A stretch of DNA of 64,000 nt from Capsulimonadaceae bacterium (GCA_965215505.1 OZ244065.1:864001-928000), one strand, 5' to 3'. Counted from the first letter of the stretch, positions 48,174 through 58,616 are shown. Numbers and translations are program-made. The notes: generated by a model not told the origin, from the letters alone.

Positions 48174-50173
48174 ATCGGCGCGACGCGGTAGGTCTGCACG
48201 CCGGAGAGGCAGCCGTACAGCGCCCAGAGCGCGCCCGCCACATAGTCGCCTAGTATCAGCCCGATGAAGAACGGCAGCGCCTGACGGTACAGCCGCAGGC
48301 CGCCGTAGCGCAGGATCAGCCACTTCACGAGCCAGCCGACGAACAGCGGGCACCACAGCCATTCCAGCGTGAAGGTGCCGGCCAGGATGTACCCGACCGG
48401 GTGGAACGGCCACCAGAGGAAGCGCGTTCGGGCGGCCACCAGCAGCCCCGTCACGCACGCACCCACGGCCACGGCCCAGACGCGCCCGTGGTCGGCGGGC
48501 GCGCGCTCGCCCGTCCAGCCGTCCAGTATCCGCCAGGGGGTGCTGCCCATGGAGGTGCGCCAGTCGTTGACGTGCGCCGTCGCCGCCCCGTAGTGGTAGT
48601 AGCAGGTGAGGATGGCCAGCCACGAGGCCAGCGCCCCGACGACGGTCGCCAGCCCGATCGCTCCGGTGAGGTGCCGCAGGTTCAGACGCGCCTCGGTCCC
48701 GATCTTCAGCGCCTCTAGCTGTGCGGGCATGACCGTGCAGCGGTAGTCCAGGTCCAGCCACTGCATCTGGGTCAGCCCGACCAGCCCGCGCGAGGAGAAG
48801 GCGACGGTGCCCGCACCCGCGATCAAAAGCTGGTGGGGCGTCATGTCCGGCCCGAACGCCCAGGGCAGGCCCGCCTCGGCCCGAATGCGGGCGTAAGCGA
48901 TCACGACCAGCAGGTACAGCGCGAGGAAGGCGAGGGAGGCCCACCAGGGCAGCCCGAGCGCGATCCCGAAGGCGGCCAGCGCGGCAAGGCCGAGGCCCAG
49001 CCCGAGGAGGGCGGCCCGGTAAGGGAGCGGCTCGTCGCGGTCGTCCCCGCGCCCCGGCCCGGACGCCGTCCGCCAGACCTGACGCCAGTAGCCGCCCAGG
49101 CCGAGCAGGGTGAAAGCCCCCAGGCCGAGGAAGCCGCCCAGTCCCTGTTCCCCGAAGTACGGGAACTGCGAGAACCCCCCGCCCGCCCCCGCCTGGTGCA
49201 GCCCCCAGCTCGCCGTCAGGACGGACTCGATCTTGCGGAACAGGTAAAAGAACCAGCAGGAGCAGGAGACGTCCAGCGGCAGGAAATAGGCCAGCCCGAT
49301 GACCAGGGGATAGAAGCCGAGGTCCAGCTCGCCGACGGCGTTCCAGGGCGGGGCGGCGAAGAGGCCCGACCCGCCGAGCTTGAGGGCCGGGTCGCTGGGC
49401 TTGAGCGGGATGAACGGGACGTTGGGCATTAGGAAGCCGGCGGCGGCGAGGTTTTCCAGCACGGAAGCCGCGCCGAAGCCTATCCAGAAGACCCGGCTTC
49501 GGAGCAGGGCGCGGCGGCTGTCTTCGCGGATCAGGGCCAGGGGCAGGACGACGATGGGGAAGGTCAGCCGCTCGTGATCCACCCACCGGCGGCGCAGCAG
49601 CGCGCCCAGGCAGAAAGTGACCAGCAGCAGGACCAGCACGAAACCGCTCCAGACGAGTATGGGTGACAGCCAGCCGCGCAGGTGCGGGCCGGTGAACAGG
49701 GTGGACTGACCGGCGTAGAAGTCCGGCAGGGCGGCGGGGTCGGGAAAGGCCCAGCGCGGCAGCAGGAAGTGGTAGTTCTGCGCCCAGCGGTTTTGCAGGT
49801 CGGCGAATTGGAAGACGTTCCCCAGGCCCATGCACAGGAACTGTGTCATGCCGACCCCGCTGATGCCGATGGAAACGGCCTGCATGACGTAGACGGTGAG
49901 CATCTCGGATGCCGTCAGCGCCCGGCGCGGCAGGAACCGGCGCAGCAGGGCATTCCCCGCCAGCAGGACCAGCAGCACGAAGACGATGCCGATGCTCAGT
50001 GACAGCACCGCGAGTTCCGTGGACTGGGCGACGACGTCCGAGTAGACGTTCCAGAAACACAGCACGGGGACCAGCAGAGCGCCGAGCGCGAGGGCGCGCG
50101 GGGTCAGGCCGGCGGGACTCGGCGGGGGCGTCTCCGAAACCGACTCGGCGGGTTTTTGCAGCGGGACAGTCAT
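48170..50173 (-). CDS. DUF6785/DUF6784-type polytopic membrane protein (putative transporter)
   Basis: RRRWVDHERLTFP, RIRAEAG, WWPFHPVGY, RYGGLRLY..ALPFFIGLILG. Confidence 0.8.
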   Translation of the reverse strand: MTVPLQKPAESVSETPPPSPAGLTPRALALGALLVPVLCFWNVYSDVVAQSTELAVLSLSIGIVFVLLVLLAGNALLRRFLPRRALTASEMLTVYVMQAVSIGISGVGMTQFLCMGLGNVFQFADLQNRWAQNYHFLLPRWAFPDPAALPDFYAGQSTLFTGPHLRGWLSPILVWSGFVLVLLLVTFCLGALLRRRWVDHERLTFPIVVLPLALIREDSRRALLRSRVFWIGFGAASVLENLAAAGFLMPNVPFIPLKPSDPALKLGGSGLFAAPPWNAVGELDLGFYPLVIGLAYFLPLDVSCSCWFFYLFRKIESVLTASWGLHQAGAGGGFSQFPYFGEQGLGGFLGLGAFTLLGLGGYWRQVWRTASGPGRGDDRDEPLPYRAALLGLGLGLAALAAFGIALGLPWWASLAFLALYLLVVIAYARIRAEAGLPWAFGPDMTPHQLLIAGAGTVAFSSRGLVGLTQMQWLDLDYRCTVMPAQLEALKIGTEARLNLRHLTGAIGLATVVGALASWLAILTCYYHYGAATAHVNDWRTSMGSTPWRILDGWTGERAPADHGRVWAVAVGACVTGLLVAARTRFLWWPFHPVGYILAGTFTLEWLWCPLFVGWLVKWLILRYGGLRLYRQALPFFIGLILGDYVAGALWALYGCLSGVQTYRVAPI

Positions 50174-50372
50174 GGTGGCAAGGCTGAGAGCGTCGCCGTC
50201 AGATGACTCGTGAGTCACAGCGGCCGGCGGGCACGTCCGCTTACTGTTCGCCGCCTTCGCCCCCGAATCCTCTGAGGCGGGTGCCTTCTCCGGGCAGCGG
50301 TATGACAAGAAAAACCGGCGTTCCCGGCGACCAAGTGGCCGATCCGGCGGGACCGGCGGCTATAATAGAGGC

Positions 50373-51242
50373 ATGACGCTTGAACTCCCCGTGCCGCCTG
50401 ACTTCTCGTTCTCGGAGACTCTGAACGCCCACGGCTGGCGGCGGCTGGCCCCGTTCGCCTGGGACGAGGGCGCGCAGACGCTAGAGCATGTCGGGGAGAC
50501 GGGCGGCGGGGCGGTCGTCCGGCTCCGCCTGCATGAAGCCGAAGGAATAATCAAGGTGGACGGCGACACGGGCGCGCACGAAGACGAGATCACGCGCCGC
50601 GTCCGCCGGATGCTCCAACTAGACCTGCCCTTGGACGCCTTCCACACCTACTGCCGGTCGCGCCCCGAACTCGCGCACATCGCCGACCGCCGCCGGGGCC
50701 GGATGCTCCGCTCCCCCACCCTCTTCGAAGACACCTTAAAGGTAGTCGCGACGGTGAACACGACCTGGGCGCAGACCATCGCCATGACGGCCCGCCTGGT
50801 GGAACACTTCGGGGCGGCTCTGCCTTCTAACCCCGCGCGCCATGCCTTCCCCACCCCGCAGCGCCTCGCTGCCGTGCCCTTTGATGAGTTCGCCGCAAAA
50901 GCCCGCATGGGCTACCGGAACGCCTATGTGCATTCGCTGGCGGTCAGCATCGCCGAAGGTTGGTTCGACCTGGAAGGCTTACAGGACGCGAACCTTGCCG
51001 CAGACGACCTCCGCAAGCGGCTTCTGGCGCTCCCCGGCATCGGCCCTTATGGGGCGGCCTGCCTGATGCTCTACCTCGGCAAGCCGGAACACGTCAACGC
51101 CGACTCGGTGGCCCGCGCCTCGCTCTCCCAGGAACTCGGGCGCGCTGTCACCGACAAAGAAGTGCTGGCCTTCTTCGAGGCGCACGGCGAGTGGCGCGGG
51201 CTGGTCTACAACTTTTACCCCTGGAAAGAGCGCGATGTCTAA
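50373..51242 (+). CDS. HhH-GPD DNA glycosylase (AlkA/OGG-like)
   Basis: LRSPTLFED, FPTP, MGYRNAY, LLALPGIGPYGA. Confidence 0.85.
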   Translation: MTLELPVPPDFSFSETLNAHGWRRLAPFAWDEGAQTLEHVGETGGGAVVRLRLHEAEGIIKVDGDTGAHEDEITRRVRRMLQLDLPLDAFHTYCRSRPELAHIADRRRGRMLRSPTLFEDTLKVVATVNTTWAQTIAMTARLVEHFGAALPSNPARHAFPTPQRLAAVPFDEFAAKARMGYRNAYVHSLAVSIAEGWFDLEGLQDANLAADDLRKRLLALPGIGPYGAACLMLYLGKPEHVNADSVARASLSQELGRAVTDKEVLAFFEAHGEWRGLVYNFYPWKERDV

Positions 51243-52077
51243 AGTGATGGCGGAAACGACCGCCGATGAAGCGGCGAAGAACGCACTCCGAACGCGCCGC
51301 GCCGAGCGCGAGTCGCTGCTGGGCCGCATCACGCGGACGCTGGAGGACGACGACCGGATCGCCGCTGCCTGGCTGTTCGGCTCGATGGGGTGCGGGGAGG
51401 CCGACGACCTGAGCGACCTCGACCTGCGCGTCATCGTTGCCGATGAACATATTGAGGCTGTCTGTGCTGACCGGCGGGCCTATACCGCACAAGTCGGCGA
51501 GGCGGTGCTTTTCGCGGAGGCACCGCAGAACCGGCCCGCCGGGGGCGCATTCCTGCTGACCCTTTACGCGGGCGAGTTCGGCCCGCAGGAAGTAGACTGG
51601 ACCTGGCAGCCGCTGTCCGGGGCATGCCTGTGGCCCGATACGCGCGTTCTGCTCAACCGCGCAGGGCTGACGCTGGGGGAGATGCCGTGGGGCTACCAGC
51701 CGCGCCCCGCGCAGACTGCTTTGGAAGAGGCGGTGCAGCGCGTCACCAACTTCTGGGCCATGCTGCTCATCATCGCCAAGTACGCCGCCCGGACGCCCGG
51801 TGAAGACACGATGGGGCTGGTCGGGATGTCGGTCCAGCCGCTTCGGGAGGTCGCTGAGTACCTCGGCCTGACGCCCCACTACACCATGGACAACCTGCCG
51901 CCGCACGGGCGGCCGGCGGAAAAGATGCGCCTGCTGCGCGACCTCGCGGGGCAGATGGAGGCGCTGATGCCCCCAATCGAGGCGCGGGGCGGCACCGTCC
52001 CGTGGGTCGCCGTGCCGCACGCACACCGCTTCCTGGACATGGTGGAGGCGACGATGAAAGTATCCCAGCATGAGTAA
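51235..52077 (+). CDS. Pol-beta-family nucleotidyltransferase domain protein
   Basis: WLFGSMG.GEADDLSDLDL motif with helical C-terminus. Confidence 0.8.
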   Translation: MSKVMAETTADEAAKNALRTRRAERESLLGRITRTLEDDDRIAAAWLFGSMGCGEADDLSDLDLRVIVADEHIEAVCADRRAYTAQVGEAVLFAEAPQNRPAGGAFLLTLYAGEFGPQEVDWTWQPLSGACLWPDTRVLLNRAGLTLGEMPWGYQPRPAQTALEEAVQRVTNFWAMLLIIAKYAARTPGEDTMGLVGMSVQPLREVAEYLGLTPHYTMDNLPPHGRPAEKMRLLRDLAGQMEALMPPIEARGGTVPWVAVPHAHRFLDMVEATMKVSQHE

Positions 52078-52609
52078 GCTGCTCGACTGCGTCAACGACG
52101 ACCTGACGGCCTGGCTGCACCGGCAGCACGTCTTCTTCGTCGCCACCGCGCCCCTGTCTGCCGGGGGCCATGTAAACTGCTCGCCCAAGGGCGGCGACTG
52201 CTTCCGGGTCCTGAACCCGATGCAGGCGGCCTATCTGGACTTCACCGGCAGTGGGGCGGAGACGGCGGCGCATCTGCGGGAGAACGGGCGCATCGTCCTG
52301 ATGTTCTGTGCCTTCGAGGGCAGGCCGAACATCGTGCGCCTGCACGGGCACGGGGAGGTGCTGACGGCGGACTCGCCGGAGTTCGAGGCGCTGGCATCCG
52401 CGTTCCCGTCGAACCCCGGTGCCCGCGCTCTGGTGCGTGTCAGCGTCACGCGCGTCTCCACCTCCTGCGGGCTTGCGGTCCCCTTCATGGAGTTCGAGTC
52501 GGACCGCGACACGCTCGATCAGTGGTCCGCCGCCAAAGGCCCCGAAGGGCTGGCCGAATACCGGCAGGCGAAGAACGCGCGGAGCATTGACGGCCTGCCT
52601 GCCCTGTGA
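52070..52609 (+). CDS. Pyridoxamine 5'-phosphate oxidase family protein
   Basis: FFVATAP, NCSPKG, GSGAETAAHLRENGR, TSCGLAVP. Confidence 0.88.
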   Translation: MSKLLDCVNDDLTAWLHRQHVFFVATAPLSAGGHVNCSPKGGDCFRVLNPMQAAYLDFTGSGAETAAHLRENGRIVLMFCAFEGRPNIVRLHGHGEVLTADSPEFEALASAFPSNPGARALVRVSVTRVSTSCGLAVPFMEFESDRDTLDQWSAAKGPEGLAEYRQAKNARSIDGLPAL

Positions 52610-52618
52610 GATTCGACG

Positions 52619-53467
52619 ATGAAACTGGCGATTAACTACTCGCCCCAGGCGGAGGCGCTTGCGGCACAGGGGGCCATTGATTTCGACCGATTCAAGTGCC
52701 CCCCATCCTGGGACCCAGTCGTGCCCGCGCATGCACCGGACCTGCATGCGCGGGCGCGGGCCGTGCGCCCGGTCTACCTACACTTCCCGCTCAATGCCGG
52801 GGACGGCAGCCTGCGGACGACCGACTGGGGGCGAATCGAGGCGGCCCTGGCGCAGACGGACACGCCGTTCGTCAACGTGCATCTCCAGGCACTCGCCCAG
52901 GACTTCCCCGACATGCCCGCCGACACGACCGACCCGGCCCACGGCCGGCGCATCACGGACGCTCTCGTCCGGGATGTCGGCCTCGCCGCCGAACGGCTCG
53001 GGCCGGAACGAGTCATCGTGGAGAACATCGTGTATTCGGGTGCGGGCGGCAAGGTCCTCCTCCCGTGCGTTGACCCGACCGTCATCGGCGAGGTGGTCAG
53101 CCGGACGGGATGCGGGCTGCTGCTGGACACCGCCCACGCGCGCCTGACAGCAGCCGCGCTGGGGCAGGACGTTCGGAACTATGTCGCGCAACTGCCGGTC
53201 GGAAGGTTGCGAGAGCTTCACGTCACCGGCGCACGGCCCGAGGCGGAACGGGGGCGGGACAGCATGCCGATGGGGGCGGAAGATTGGGCGCTCGCCGAGT
53301 GGGCGATGGGCCGCATCGGTGAGGGCGCGTGGGGCCGGCCCTGGGCAGTCGCGTATGAGTACGGCGGCGTCGGCCCCATCTTCGCAAGCCGAAGCGAGGC
53401 CGCCGTGATCGCCGAACAACTGCCCCGCCTAGCGGGGCTGATCGCCGCCGCTAGTCCGCCAGGCTGA
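52619..53467 (+). CDS. DUF692-like (MNIO) TIM-barrel protein
   Basis: YLHFP, VNVHL, IVEN, LLLDTAHA, ELHVTG, YEYG metal-ligand pattern. Confidence 0.7.
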   Translation: MKLAINYSPQAEALAAQGAIDFDRFKCPPSWDPVVPAHAPDLHARARAVRPVYLHFPLNAGDGSLRTTDWGRIEAALAQTDTPFVNVHLQALAQDFPDMPADTTDPAHGRRITDALVRDVGLAAERLGPERVIVENIVYSGAGGKVLLPCVDPTVIGEVVSRTGCGLLLDTAHARLTAAALGQDVRNYVAQLPVGRLRELHVTGARPEAERGRDSMPMGAEDWALAEWAMGRIGEGAWGRPWAVAYEYGGVGPIFASRSEAAVIAEQLPRLAGLIAAASPPG

Positions 53468-55163
53468 CGGCGAAGAGCTTCACGTTCTCGTTGTCCGGCA
53501 GGGTGAGGCTCTTTACTGTCTTCGTGCCGTCCACCTTGAACCCGTAGCCGTAGACGTAGAAGGAGCGCGGGTCTTTCGCGCCGCGCGCCGTCAGGCGGTA
53601 GGGCGTCTTGACCGCCCGGACCTCGCCGGGGAAGCCGCTCGGCAGGAACCAGTCGCTCATGTTCTGGACCAGGGCCCCCGCCGTACCGTCGGTGTAGGTC
53701 ACGGTGAAGGTCTGGGCCATCTGGCTGCCTTCCACGGCGGACCCCAGCAGCCAGAGGGAGGCGTGAGAGCCGGTCGGCAGGGGGATGACCTGGCCGTGGC
53801 AGGCGATCAGGTCGGGTGCATCGGCCCTGCCTAGAGTGAACTGGACGCCTTTCAGCGTCTGGGTCGCGCCTAGCGATGCGGCGGGGTAGCCGTTCCCCTC
53901 CCCGTCAACCCCGCCCGTTTCCGGCGCGGCCGTGCCGCCGCTGAAGATGCCCGCCGTGCCAAAGAACGCGGAGAGGTCCACCGGGACGCTGCTGCCGGGC
54001 GTGACCTCGGGCGAGAGCCGGGGCCGGTCCGCCGCCGCCACAGGCGGGGCCAGAACGCCCTTCGGGTCCGCCTCATAGGCCGCGAGGAACTCCGACCAGA
54101 GGGTGTCCACGTCCTTGCCGCAGTACGACTTGAACATGGAGGTATTGTAGGTCCCGAAGCGGACCGCCTGACTGAGCTTCGTGACCAGCCTGCTGTCATA
54201 GTGCAGCTCGCAGTAGGCGAGGAAGGCGGCCGTGGTCCGGTAGGAGTCGTGGTAGGTGGACTTCTGGGGGTTGATCCGGTAGGTGAAATGCTCCGGCTCG
54301 AACCGGACCCAGCGGATGTAGTCGGCGATGCCCTCCACGAGCCAGACCGGGTTATAGGCCGAATACGCCTGGATGACGTGCGCGGTTTCGTGGACGGTCA
54401 GCCCGGTGTCTTCGGGGTGCGCGCGGCACCAGGCCGAGTTGACCTCCATGACGCCCCCGCCGGTGGCGGCGACCCCGGTGACGCCCGACCCCGTCCGGTA
54501 GACGACGTTGACGGCGTTCGGCGGGATGAACTTGTCGGAGTAGAGCAGCGCCTCGGTGTCCGGCCAGAACTGCTCCATCTGGGTTTCCGCCTGGAGCGCC
54601 CAGGCTTTCAGGTCGTGCGCCTGGGAGATGTCGTAGAAGCCCCGGCCCGGTCCCAGGACGACATGGGATACCTTCACGGGCGACTGGATCGTGATCTCGC
54701 GCACGGCGAGGTTGGGGACGCCCTGGCCGTGCTTCAGGCGGATACGCAGGGCGACGACCCGCGAGCCGCCCAGGGCGGCGTCCGCGACGCCGGTCGCGCC
54801 GAAGTCTGCCGCCTTGCGGTAATAGTTTCCGTCGGGGGATGTCTCCACAAACCCGTTCGTCAGGAGGTCCTGACCCTCGGCGTCGCCCGTCGTGACGTGG
54901 ATGGACTGCACAGGGATGGGGCGCGAGAGGAGGACCAGGAAGTCGTCCCCGTCGCTCATGCCGTGGTCCGACTGGAAGTAAGTTCCAACATCCCCGTCCA
55001 TTGCCATTTCGGGCCGGTGGGCGGCCGTGGAAGGCATCGTGCTGTAGACGAGGGCCTTCACCGGAGCCGGGGATGTCTGGGCGGCGGTCGCCCACCCGCC
55101 GCCGGTCAGGGCGGTCAGCAGAAAAGAGACGGAAAGCAGGCGGCGCAGCGATGTTTGGTCCAT
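53451..55163 (-). CDS. Basic secretory protein (BSP) family metallopeptidase with accessory beta domains
   Basis: Signal peptide; GVAATGG, VHETAHVIQ, WLVEGIADYIR. Confidence 0.82.
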   Translation of the reverse strand: MDQTSLRRLLSVSFLLTALTGGGWATAAQTSPAPVKALVYSTMPSTAAHRPEMAMDGDVGTYFQSDHGMSDGDDFLVLLSRPIPVQSIHVTTGDAEGQDLLTNGFVETSPDGNYYRKAADFGATGVADAALGGSRVVALRIRLKHGQGVPNLAVREITIQSPVKVSHVVLGPGRGFYDISQAHDLKAWALQAETQMEQFWPDTEALLYSDKFIPPNAVNVVYRTGSGVTGVAATGGGVMEVNSAWCRAHPEDTGLTVHETAHVIQAYSAYNPVWLVEGIADYIRWVRFEPEHFTYRINPQKSTYHDSYRTTAAFLAYCELHYDSRLVTKLSQAVRFGTYNTSMFKSYCGKDVDTLWSEFLAAYEADPKGVLAPPVAAADRPRLSPEVTPGSSVPVDLSAFFGTAGIFSGGTAAPETGGVDGEGNGYPAASLGATQTLKGVQFTLGRADAPDLIACHGQVIPLPTGSHASLWLLGSAVEGSQMAQTFTVTYTDGTAGALVQNMSDWFLPSGFPGEVRAVKTPYRLTARGAKDPRSFYVYGYGFKVDGTKTVKSLTLPDNENVKLFAVSLAD

Positions 55164-55284
55164 GACCCCTATTATAGCACGGTTGTCAGTGCGGTCGTCA
55201 CCAGGAAGCAGGCGCGTTTTTGCGGGGGCGGCCTCGGGTACATAGTCGGACGTAGCCAAACAACGCCGACGAGGGAGAAAGATC

Positions 55285-55482
55285 ATGCAGAGCAGCACGG
55301 CACCGGACGAGCAGACCGAGGACACAGGGGCGGGCGAGTCCGCCCACACGGGCGCGAACGCGGCTTCCAGCCAGGCAGACGCGACGGCGTCCATGGAACC
55401 CGCCGAGGTGCCGGAGGGCGAGGCCGGCGGCGCAGGCGAGTCCACGCTGACGGACGATGAGGCTGTCCCCAGCCCGTCATAA
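55285..55482 (+). CDS. Small acidic disordered protein
   Basis: SD GAGGGAG, fills the intergenic gap, followed by a hairpin. Confidence 0.45.
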   Translation: MQSSTAPDEQTEDTGAGESAHTGANAASSQADATASMEPAEVPEGEAGGAGESTLTDDEAVPSPS

Positions 55483-55490
55483 TCTCCGTG

Positions 55491-55515
55491 GGGGCGAACA
55501 CGGAGGTTCGCCCCT
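55491..55515. repeat. REP-like hairpin between convergent genes
   Basis: GGGGCGAAC-ACGGAG-GTTCGCCCC, same family as 25368. Confidence 0.7.
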
Positions 55516-55535
55516 CTTGTCCCCGCTTTCCCTCC

Positions 55536-56942
55536 TCAGTTCCCCTCCATCCCCACCGCCCCCGACTGGTAGATGCGCGTCAGGGCGTCCTTCGTGACCT
55601 TCTTCGGGCCGAGGTCGCCGGTCCAGGAGACGAAGTAGGACGGGCGGACGCCGTAGCGGTACATCTTCTCTACGTCCGGCACGCCCCCGAATTCCGTCAA
55701 GGCCAGCAGCTTCCGGCCGCCGTATTCTTTCGTCAGGGTGTCCCAGGTGGCGCTGAGTGGGTCGGTAACGTCGGACGGGTAGGCGTCTATGCCCACCACG
55801 TCCACCACGTCGTCGCCGGGATACCAGTCCGGGCTGAGGCCCGAGCAGTCCACCCAGATCAGGTTGTGCAGGTGGTGGACCTTCGTCAGCCGGTCGTGCA
55901 TCAGCCGCCAGAGCTGCTTGAACGGGCCGGGTCCCTTCGCCCCCCACCAGAACCAGCCTCCCTCGGCTTCGTGCAGCGGACGCCACAACACCGTGACGTG
56001 GGCGTCCGAGAGTCGCTGGAGCTGGGCGGCGATGACATCCATGTCGCGCAGGAGCAGGGCGTATTCGGGCGACTTCGGATCGGCCAGCGCCTTCTGGACG
56101 TCGAACGTCGTCGCGTTGGTGTAGAAGCCCCGATACCAGCGGGCGTCCACGGCTTTGCCCTGGGCGTCCGTCAGCATCGTGTCAAGCAGGCCCGTCGGGG
56201 CGTTCCAGTGCCAGGAGGCCGTGACGATCTGGCCGGCTTTGGCCTGCGCCAGCATCCGGCCCGTCGCCACCGGCTTCGAGCCGTGGGCGACGCGCGACGG
56301 CGAATACTCGATGAAGTCATCCCCGTAGATCGCCGGGGTCCTTCCCGTGACCGTGCGGATGTAGGCGCTGTCCGCGTTCTCGTACTGCCCCGAAAGTGTC
56401 TTCACCCCGTAGAGGCCGACCAGGCGGCGCATCAGGGCGCGCGTCCCCGCCGAGGCGTCCGGGTCGGACAGGGTGAAGGGCGGCTTCACCGGCGGGGGGG
56501 GCGGCGGCGCGGGTACGAGGTCCAGGGAATTGATGTCGTAGTACCCCCACCCCCGCTCGACGGCCAGTGTGTTCGGCCCCGATGTCAGTTCCACCTTCCC
56601 CACCGACTGCGTTGCGAAGGCGTTCCCGGTCTTGGGCAGCATCCCGGAGAGCCTGGCCCCGTTCACGACCAGATCAAAACCCTTCTCCCCCGACGGCGCG
56701 CTGTAGCGGAGGCTGACGGTGTAAATGCCGGGCTTGGCGTCCGGCAGCGTGAAGACGATCTTCGCGCCCGACGGCGCAAAATCCCCCACATACCCCTTGC
56801 CCGTGTAGCCGGGGATGGCCGTGGCGAGGGTGACGCCCACGAGCTGCGCGTCCGCCGCCTCCAGGTGGATCGGCTTGGGTGGGGCGGCCAGTGCCGGCAT
56901 CGAGGTCAGCAGCACGAGCATCACAAATAACAAACGTGACAT
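55536..56942 (-). CDS. GH26 beta-mannanase with N-terminal CBM35-like domain
   Basis: SWHWNAP, LWRPLHEAEGGWFWWG, WYPGDDVVD, ALTEFG; start MSRLLF. Confidence 0.92.
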   Translation of the reverse strand: MSRLLFVMLVLLTSMPALAAPPKPIHLEAADAQLVGVTLATAIPGYTGKGYVGDFAPSGAKIVFTLPDAKPGIYTVSLRYSAPSGEKGFDLVVNGARLSGMLPKTGNAFATQSVGKVELTSGPNTLAVERGWGYYDINSLDLVPAPPPPPPVKPPFTLSDPDASAGTRALMRRLVGLYGVKTLSGQYENADSAYIRTVTGRTPAIYGDDFIEYSPSRVAHGSKPVATGRMLAQAKAGQIVTASWHWNAPTGLLDTMLTDAQGKAVDARWYRGFYTNATTFDVQKALADPKSPEYALLLRDMDVIAAQLQRLSDAHVTVLWRPLHEAEGGWFWWGAKGPGPFKQLWRLMHDRLTKVHHLHNLIWVDCSGLSPDWYPGDDVVDVVGIDAYPSDVTDPLSATWDTLTKEYGGRKLLALTEFGGVPDVEKMYRYGVRPSYFVSWTGDLGPKKVTKDALTRIYQSGAVGMEGN

Positions 56943-56955
56943 CCTGTTCCTTTCT

Positions 56956-57876
56956 TCATTCCGGGCGGGCATCTTTACCCGGCCAGTCCCAGCGCCGGAG
57001 GTCATCGCTCCAAGCGATGCCGATGCAGGCATAAGTGTCAAACACGGTCCGCTCATCCTCCGGTCCGCTGCCGTGGAAAAACAGGACATACTTCCCGATT
57101 CCTTTGTCATGCCGCAGGTCCACGGCGAATCCTGCCGTCAGCCGCCCCTGCGCCCAGGGCCATCCCGCCTGGCCCAGCGTCAGCAGGCCGTCGTCCCGCC
57201 ATGTCCGCAGGTCGGCGGACCGTTTGAGGCCGATCCCGTTGTCGGGCGAATGGAGCATGACGTATTCGTCCCCTGCCACCAGGATGCAGACATTCTCCCC
57301 GGCCGCGGCCCGGCCCGTGTAGGTCCAGCGCGTCAGGTCATGGGAGTATGCCATGCCGACCCCGTCCTGCTTGAAGAAACACCACCACTTTCCCGGCTCA
57401 TCCTTGTCCTCGAAGAGATACGGGTCAATCATTCGCCCCATCTGCGCGCGCGGAACCTCCGGCCCTTTGACGCGCAGCATCTCCGGCTCCGTCCACGTCT
57501 CCAGATCCATGCTCCGCATCAGCCACAGCCGCGCGTCCCCGGTCCCATACTTTTCCCCATTTGGCCGGGGATAGGTCTGGAGGCACAGGACCCACTGATT
57601 CTCAAAACGGACGACGCTGCCGGGACTGCCGAAGTTCAGGCCGCGATCCGCCGGCGTCAGCGCCTTGGGTGGAGACCAATGCCGGAGGTCGCGGCTCCGG
57701 CTCGTCCCGAGGAACGAGTACACGCCGCCGTCGGGCATCGTCCTCATCAGCGTGAAGAACAGATGCCAGACGCCGTCGTGGTAGACGGCAGCCGGGTCGC
57801 GGTAAGCCGTCACCGCATCGCCCCGCAGGAGGGTCGGTGAGACCAAGGCGCTCAGAACATCGGAGTCGGGAGTCAA
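56956..57876 (-). CDS. Beta-propeller glycoside hydrolase (GH32/GH43-like)
   Basis: YRDPA, SRDLRHW, MIDPY, SHDLTRW, SDDLRRW repeats. Confidence 0.75.
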   Translation of the reverse strand: MTPDSDVLSALVSPTLLRGDAVTAYRDPAAVYHDGVWHLFFTLMRTMPDGGVYSFLGTSRSRDLRHWSPPKALTPADRGLNFGSPGSVVRFENQWVLCLQTYPRPNGEKYGTGDARLWLMRSMDLETWTEPEMLRVKGPEVPRAQMGRMIDPYLFEDKDEPGKWWCFFKQDGVGMAYSHDLTRWTYTGRAAAGENVCILVAGDEYVMLHSPDNGIGLKRSADLRTWRDDGLLTLGQAGWPWAQGRLTAGFAVDLRHDKGIGKYVLFFHGSGPEDERTVFDTYACIGIAWSDDLRRWDWPGKDARPE

Positions 57877-58589
57877 GGCGATGGCCCCCGCATGGGAGGC
57901 GGCGGCCAGACGCTCCCGTCGTGCGGCACGGGAACGGTCCCATACGCAGGAACGACTGGCCGCGCGTAAGTTTCTTGGTAGGCGCGGATGCGCGCCGTCA
58001 GCTCATCCACGGTGATCGGCAGATAGACCTGCGGGATGTTGATCGGCGCGACAAAGACGCCCAGCAGTTTGTAAAGTGGGATGCAGAAGGCGTTGACTTG
58101 CAGCATCCAGGAGCGGCCCGCGCCCAACCTCCGGCAGAGGGCACTCGTGTTCTTCGGGACGATGCCGACGTAGCGGTACATGAAGTTGTAGGGGCGGACC
58201 TCCTCGATCTCGTCCCAGCGGATCAGGCCGACATGGGTCGCCATCGTATCCACCGCGATCCCCTCAGAGCTAAGGACGACGATGGGCTTCTTCTGCTTCT
58301 TGTGGGACCGCGCCGCGATAACATACAGGAAGACGCATTCAGCCACCAGGAACCAGGGAAACCAGGAGATGCGTGCTGCCGTTGCGGACACCCGAGGAGG
58401 CGCAATATGCTGTCCAGGCAGGACCGGCGGAGGGGGCGTGAACTGATGGGCCAGAGCGCCGAAATAGAGGAACGACAGTAGCACGAGCGGCACCATGATG
58501 AAGAGCATCCGCTTGTTGAGGCCCGTGAGCGACTTCTTCGTGTCGGCGTAAAGCACATAATCTTCGGGGGGCATGATGTCCACACTCAT
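57873..58589 (-). CDS. STM3941-like membrane protein
   Basis: Two TM helices, IVVLSSEGI..D, GLIRWDEI, PINIP. Confidence 0.65.
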   Translation of the reverse strand: MSVDIMPPEDYVLYADTKKSLTGLNKRMLFIMVPLVLLSFLYFGALAHQFTPPPPVLPGQHIAPPRVSATAARISWFPWFLVAECVFLYVIAARSHKKQKKPIVVLSSEGIAVDTMATHVGLIRWDEIEEVRPYNFMYRYVGIVPKNTSALCRRLGAGRSWMLQVNAFCIPLYKLLGVFVAPINIPQVYLPITVDELTARIRAYQETYARPVVPAYGTVPVPHDGSVWPPPPMRGPSP

Positions 58590-58616
58590 CGGGTAATTCT
58601 TCTGGGAGACTGAAGC

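Noticed and set aside
51235..52077. Nucleotidyltransferase as CBASS cyclase or MNT-HEPN toxin-antitoxin
   Set aside because: No effector, Cap or separate HEPN gene is adjacent, and the sequence looks like a small-molecule adenylyltransferase.
55285..55482. Small peptide as precursor for the DUF692 enzyme
   Set aside because: No Cys, not co-transcribed, separated by an opposite-strand gene.
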